Below, in pieces: positions 62,763 to 64,000 of a stretch of 64,000 nucleotides of DNA. Each line of letters starts with the position of its first letter. The first letter of the stretch is position 1. The stretch covers positions 2,118-66,117 of the forward strand of contig JAGGWD010000005.1 of NCBI GenBank assembly GCA_021157625.1. Direction: 5' to 3'. Position numbers and translations under genes: made by a program. The notes under the pieces are model-generated. The model searched no databases. It was given only the letters and a program-made list of their open reading frames with translations, and had not been told where the DNA came from. Source of the stretch: a bacterium. Lineage in GTDB: Bacteria; Patescibacteriota; Minisyncoccia; Minisyncoccales; JAGGXC01.

Positions 62763-62791
62763 ATATTAGCAAAATTAAAATGTTCTGTCAA
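62763..62791 (-). promoter_or_regulatory. Strong promoter candidate driving the structured region and murB
   Basis: Minus strand: TTGACA (62791->62786), 17 nt, TAATAT (62768->62763). Confidence 0.6.
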
Positions 62792-62797
62792 GTGTCT

Positions 62798-64000
62798 TTA
62801 GGGAGTAGAAGGTATTGCACCTACCCCTCTCTGATTCAAGAGTAACTGAACATCTGGAGCCCATTGCGGATTGATTCCCAAAGCCATCTCTAATGCTTCC
62901 TTGAGCATCTCTGAATTACCAGTAAATTTTGCCGTAATCGCTCCTACATCAACCATAACTAAGTTGGCCTGTTTTGATTGAGGAGCAAGCAATACTGCCT
63001 TCTTAGCAAGGAAAAATGCTTCCTCAAATTTTCCTTGAAACATCTTGGTCTGAGCCAATGCCCAATATCCTTGCTGATTTCCTGGACTTACCTCTATTGC
63101 TTTATTTAAAACTTCCTCTGCTTTCTGTAACTTTGAGGTATCAATCCTAGCATAAAGATTGTAAGCCTTTCCAAGTAAAAGATAAGAAGAAAACAATAAA
63201 GGAGATTCTTTGATGTTTTTTTCTAATTCTTGGGTCACAAAATCGAGTTCTCTTCTTTGAGTCTCTTGAGGAATACGCTGAGCAATCTGCTGAATGCTAT
63301 ACTTTTTCATCTCTTCGCTGGCAATATTTTCTCTCATCTGGAACCTTCCTAAAGGAGAAATTTCTAAACTTTGTTTGTAGAAAGCAAATCTTTGTTCTGA
63401 ATTAGGTGTCCGGACAGCTTTTATAAGCGTTTTATTCGAACGTACTGGCTGAACAACAAAATAAAACAAGGATGTCAAAAGCAATGGAATAAAAATGCTC
63501 AAAGCGATAAAGAATCGTCTCTTGTTAAAGGAAAAATTTTTGTTTTGAGACCCGCTATCTTTTCTCTGAGAAGCTACAGTTCCTATAAATCCCAGGACCA
63601 AAAAAAACATCATATAACTTGAAACCATATCAAATACAGTGAGATTTTGGATAAAATAAGCAAGCAAGGTAACAGAAAAGATGCTTACAGAAAGAAAATC
63701 TATTTCGTGGTGGTAATATTTCTTCCAAAGAATCCAGAAAATAGAGCAAAAAAACAAAAGATAAGTCAAGAATCCAACTATTCCCACAGAAACCAATGTA
63801 TCTACCACAATATTGTGAGCGCGATCAAACCAGACATCTCTTCCATATACTTCTCGAATAAAAAGGCGAGGGTCAAAATATCTAGTAAAAGCAATATTGA
63901 AATTCTCAGGCCCCCATCCAAAATAAGGTTTTTCTTTCCAAGCCTCAATCCCAATACTCCAAACAAGAGCACGATCTTTGGAGATATTCAATGATAATTT
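62798..64000 (-). CDS. O-antigen-ligase-like membrane protein with C-terminal TPR repeats (5' end outside the window)
   Basis: The reading frame stays open to the window edge. KPYFGWGPENFNIAF (Wzy_C-adjacent motif), TM helices, then TPR-like LLGKAYNLYARID...AEEVLNKAIEVSPGNQQGYWALAQ. Confidence 0.7.
   Translation of the reverse strand, partial: KLSLNISKDRALVWSIGIEAWKEKPYFGWGPENFNIAFTRYFDPRLFIREVYGRDVWFDRAHNIVVDTLVSVGIVGFLTYLLFFCSIFWILWKKYYHHEIDFLSVSIFSVTLLAYFIQNLTVFDMVSSYMMFFLVLGFIGTVASQRKDSGSQNKNFSFNKRRFFIALSIFIPLLLTSLFYFVVQPVRSNKTLIKAVRTPNSEQRFAFYKQSLEISPLGRFQMRENIASEEMKKYSIQQIAQRIPQETQRRELDFVTQELEKNIKESPLLFSSYLLLGKAYNLYARIDTSKLQKAEEVLNKAIEVSPGNQQGYWALAQTKMFQGKFEEAFFLAKKAVLLAPQSKQANLVMVDVGAITAKFTGNSEMLKEALEMALGINPQWAPDVQLLLNQRGVGAIPSTP

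Noticed and set aside
1-64000. Searched for mobile elements, integrases, toxin-antitoxin pairs, restriction-modification genes, retrons and CRISPR-Cas
   Set aside because: No transposase, integrase, reverse-transcriptase or Cas-like ORFs were seen, and no terminal inverted repeats. The only repeat pair of note is the rnpB/pilin promoter duplication, reported separately.

Overview
Low-GC, gene-dense bacterial chromosome segment. From about 14 kb onward it is coded almost entirely on the minus strand. By eye it has the hallmarks of a small-genome Patescibacteria/CPR-type organism: a DUF5667-type secreted protein, a giant pilin, several gene fusions, charged tails on ribosomal proteins, and a 23S rRNA not preceded by 16S. 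That lineage call is inference.

Content:
- RNA genes: the 5' ~1.2 kb of a 23S rRNA (minus strand, running off the window start), four tRNAs (Val-CAC, Gln-CUG, Thr-CGU, Gly-CCC) and a type-A RNase P RNA.
- About 60 protein genes, mostly housekeeping. These include rpsP, rnc, nusB, rpmF, rnhB, dnaE, thrS, trxB, galU, ftsZ, rplJ/rplL with a leader attenuator, mltG, pcm, MacAB-like efflux, corA, cdsA, ftsEX, murJ, rnhA, recJ-like, pgk, secDF, secA, hpf and murB.
- prfB carries the classical CTT TGA C +1 frameshift, which the ORF track misses.

Most interesting:
1. A lipid-type cluster: a Tes/MJ0619-like radical SAM enzyme, a polyprenyl synthase, a GT2-enolase fusion and a GT4.
2. A MiaB-MiaA fusion.
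3. A 654-aa pilin with an adhesin-like beta-helix head. Its promoter and predicted transcript start duplicate the promoter and first 22 nt of the adjacent RNase P RNA.
4. An orphan VirD4/TraD-like coupling ATPase with a CxxC-x17-CxxC tail, packed with a membrane partner and a sigma-r4/HARE-HTH protein.
5. Two unannotated structured or small-ORF regions, upstream of murB and upstream of hpf.

No CRISPR array, transposase or integrase was seen. A recurring TTGACA-17-TAnnAT promoter motif allows a rough transcription-unit map.
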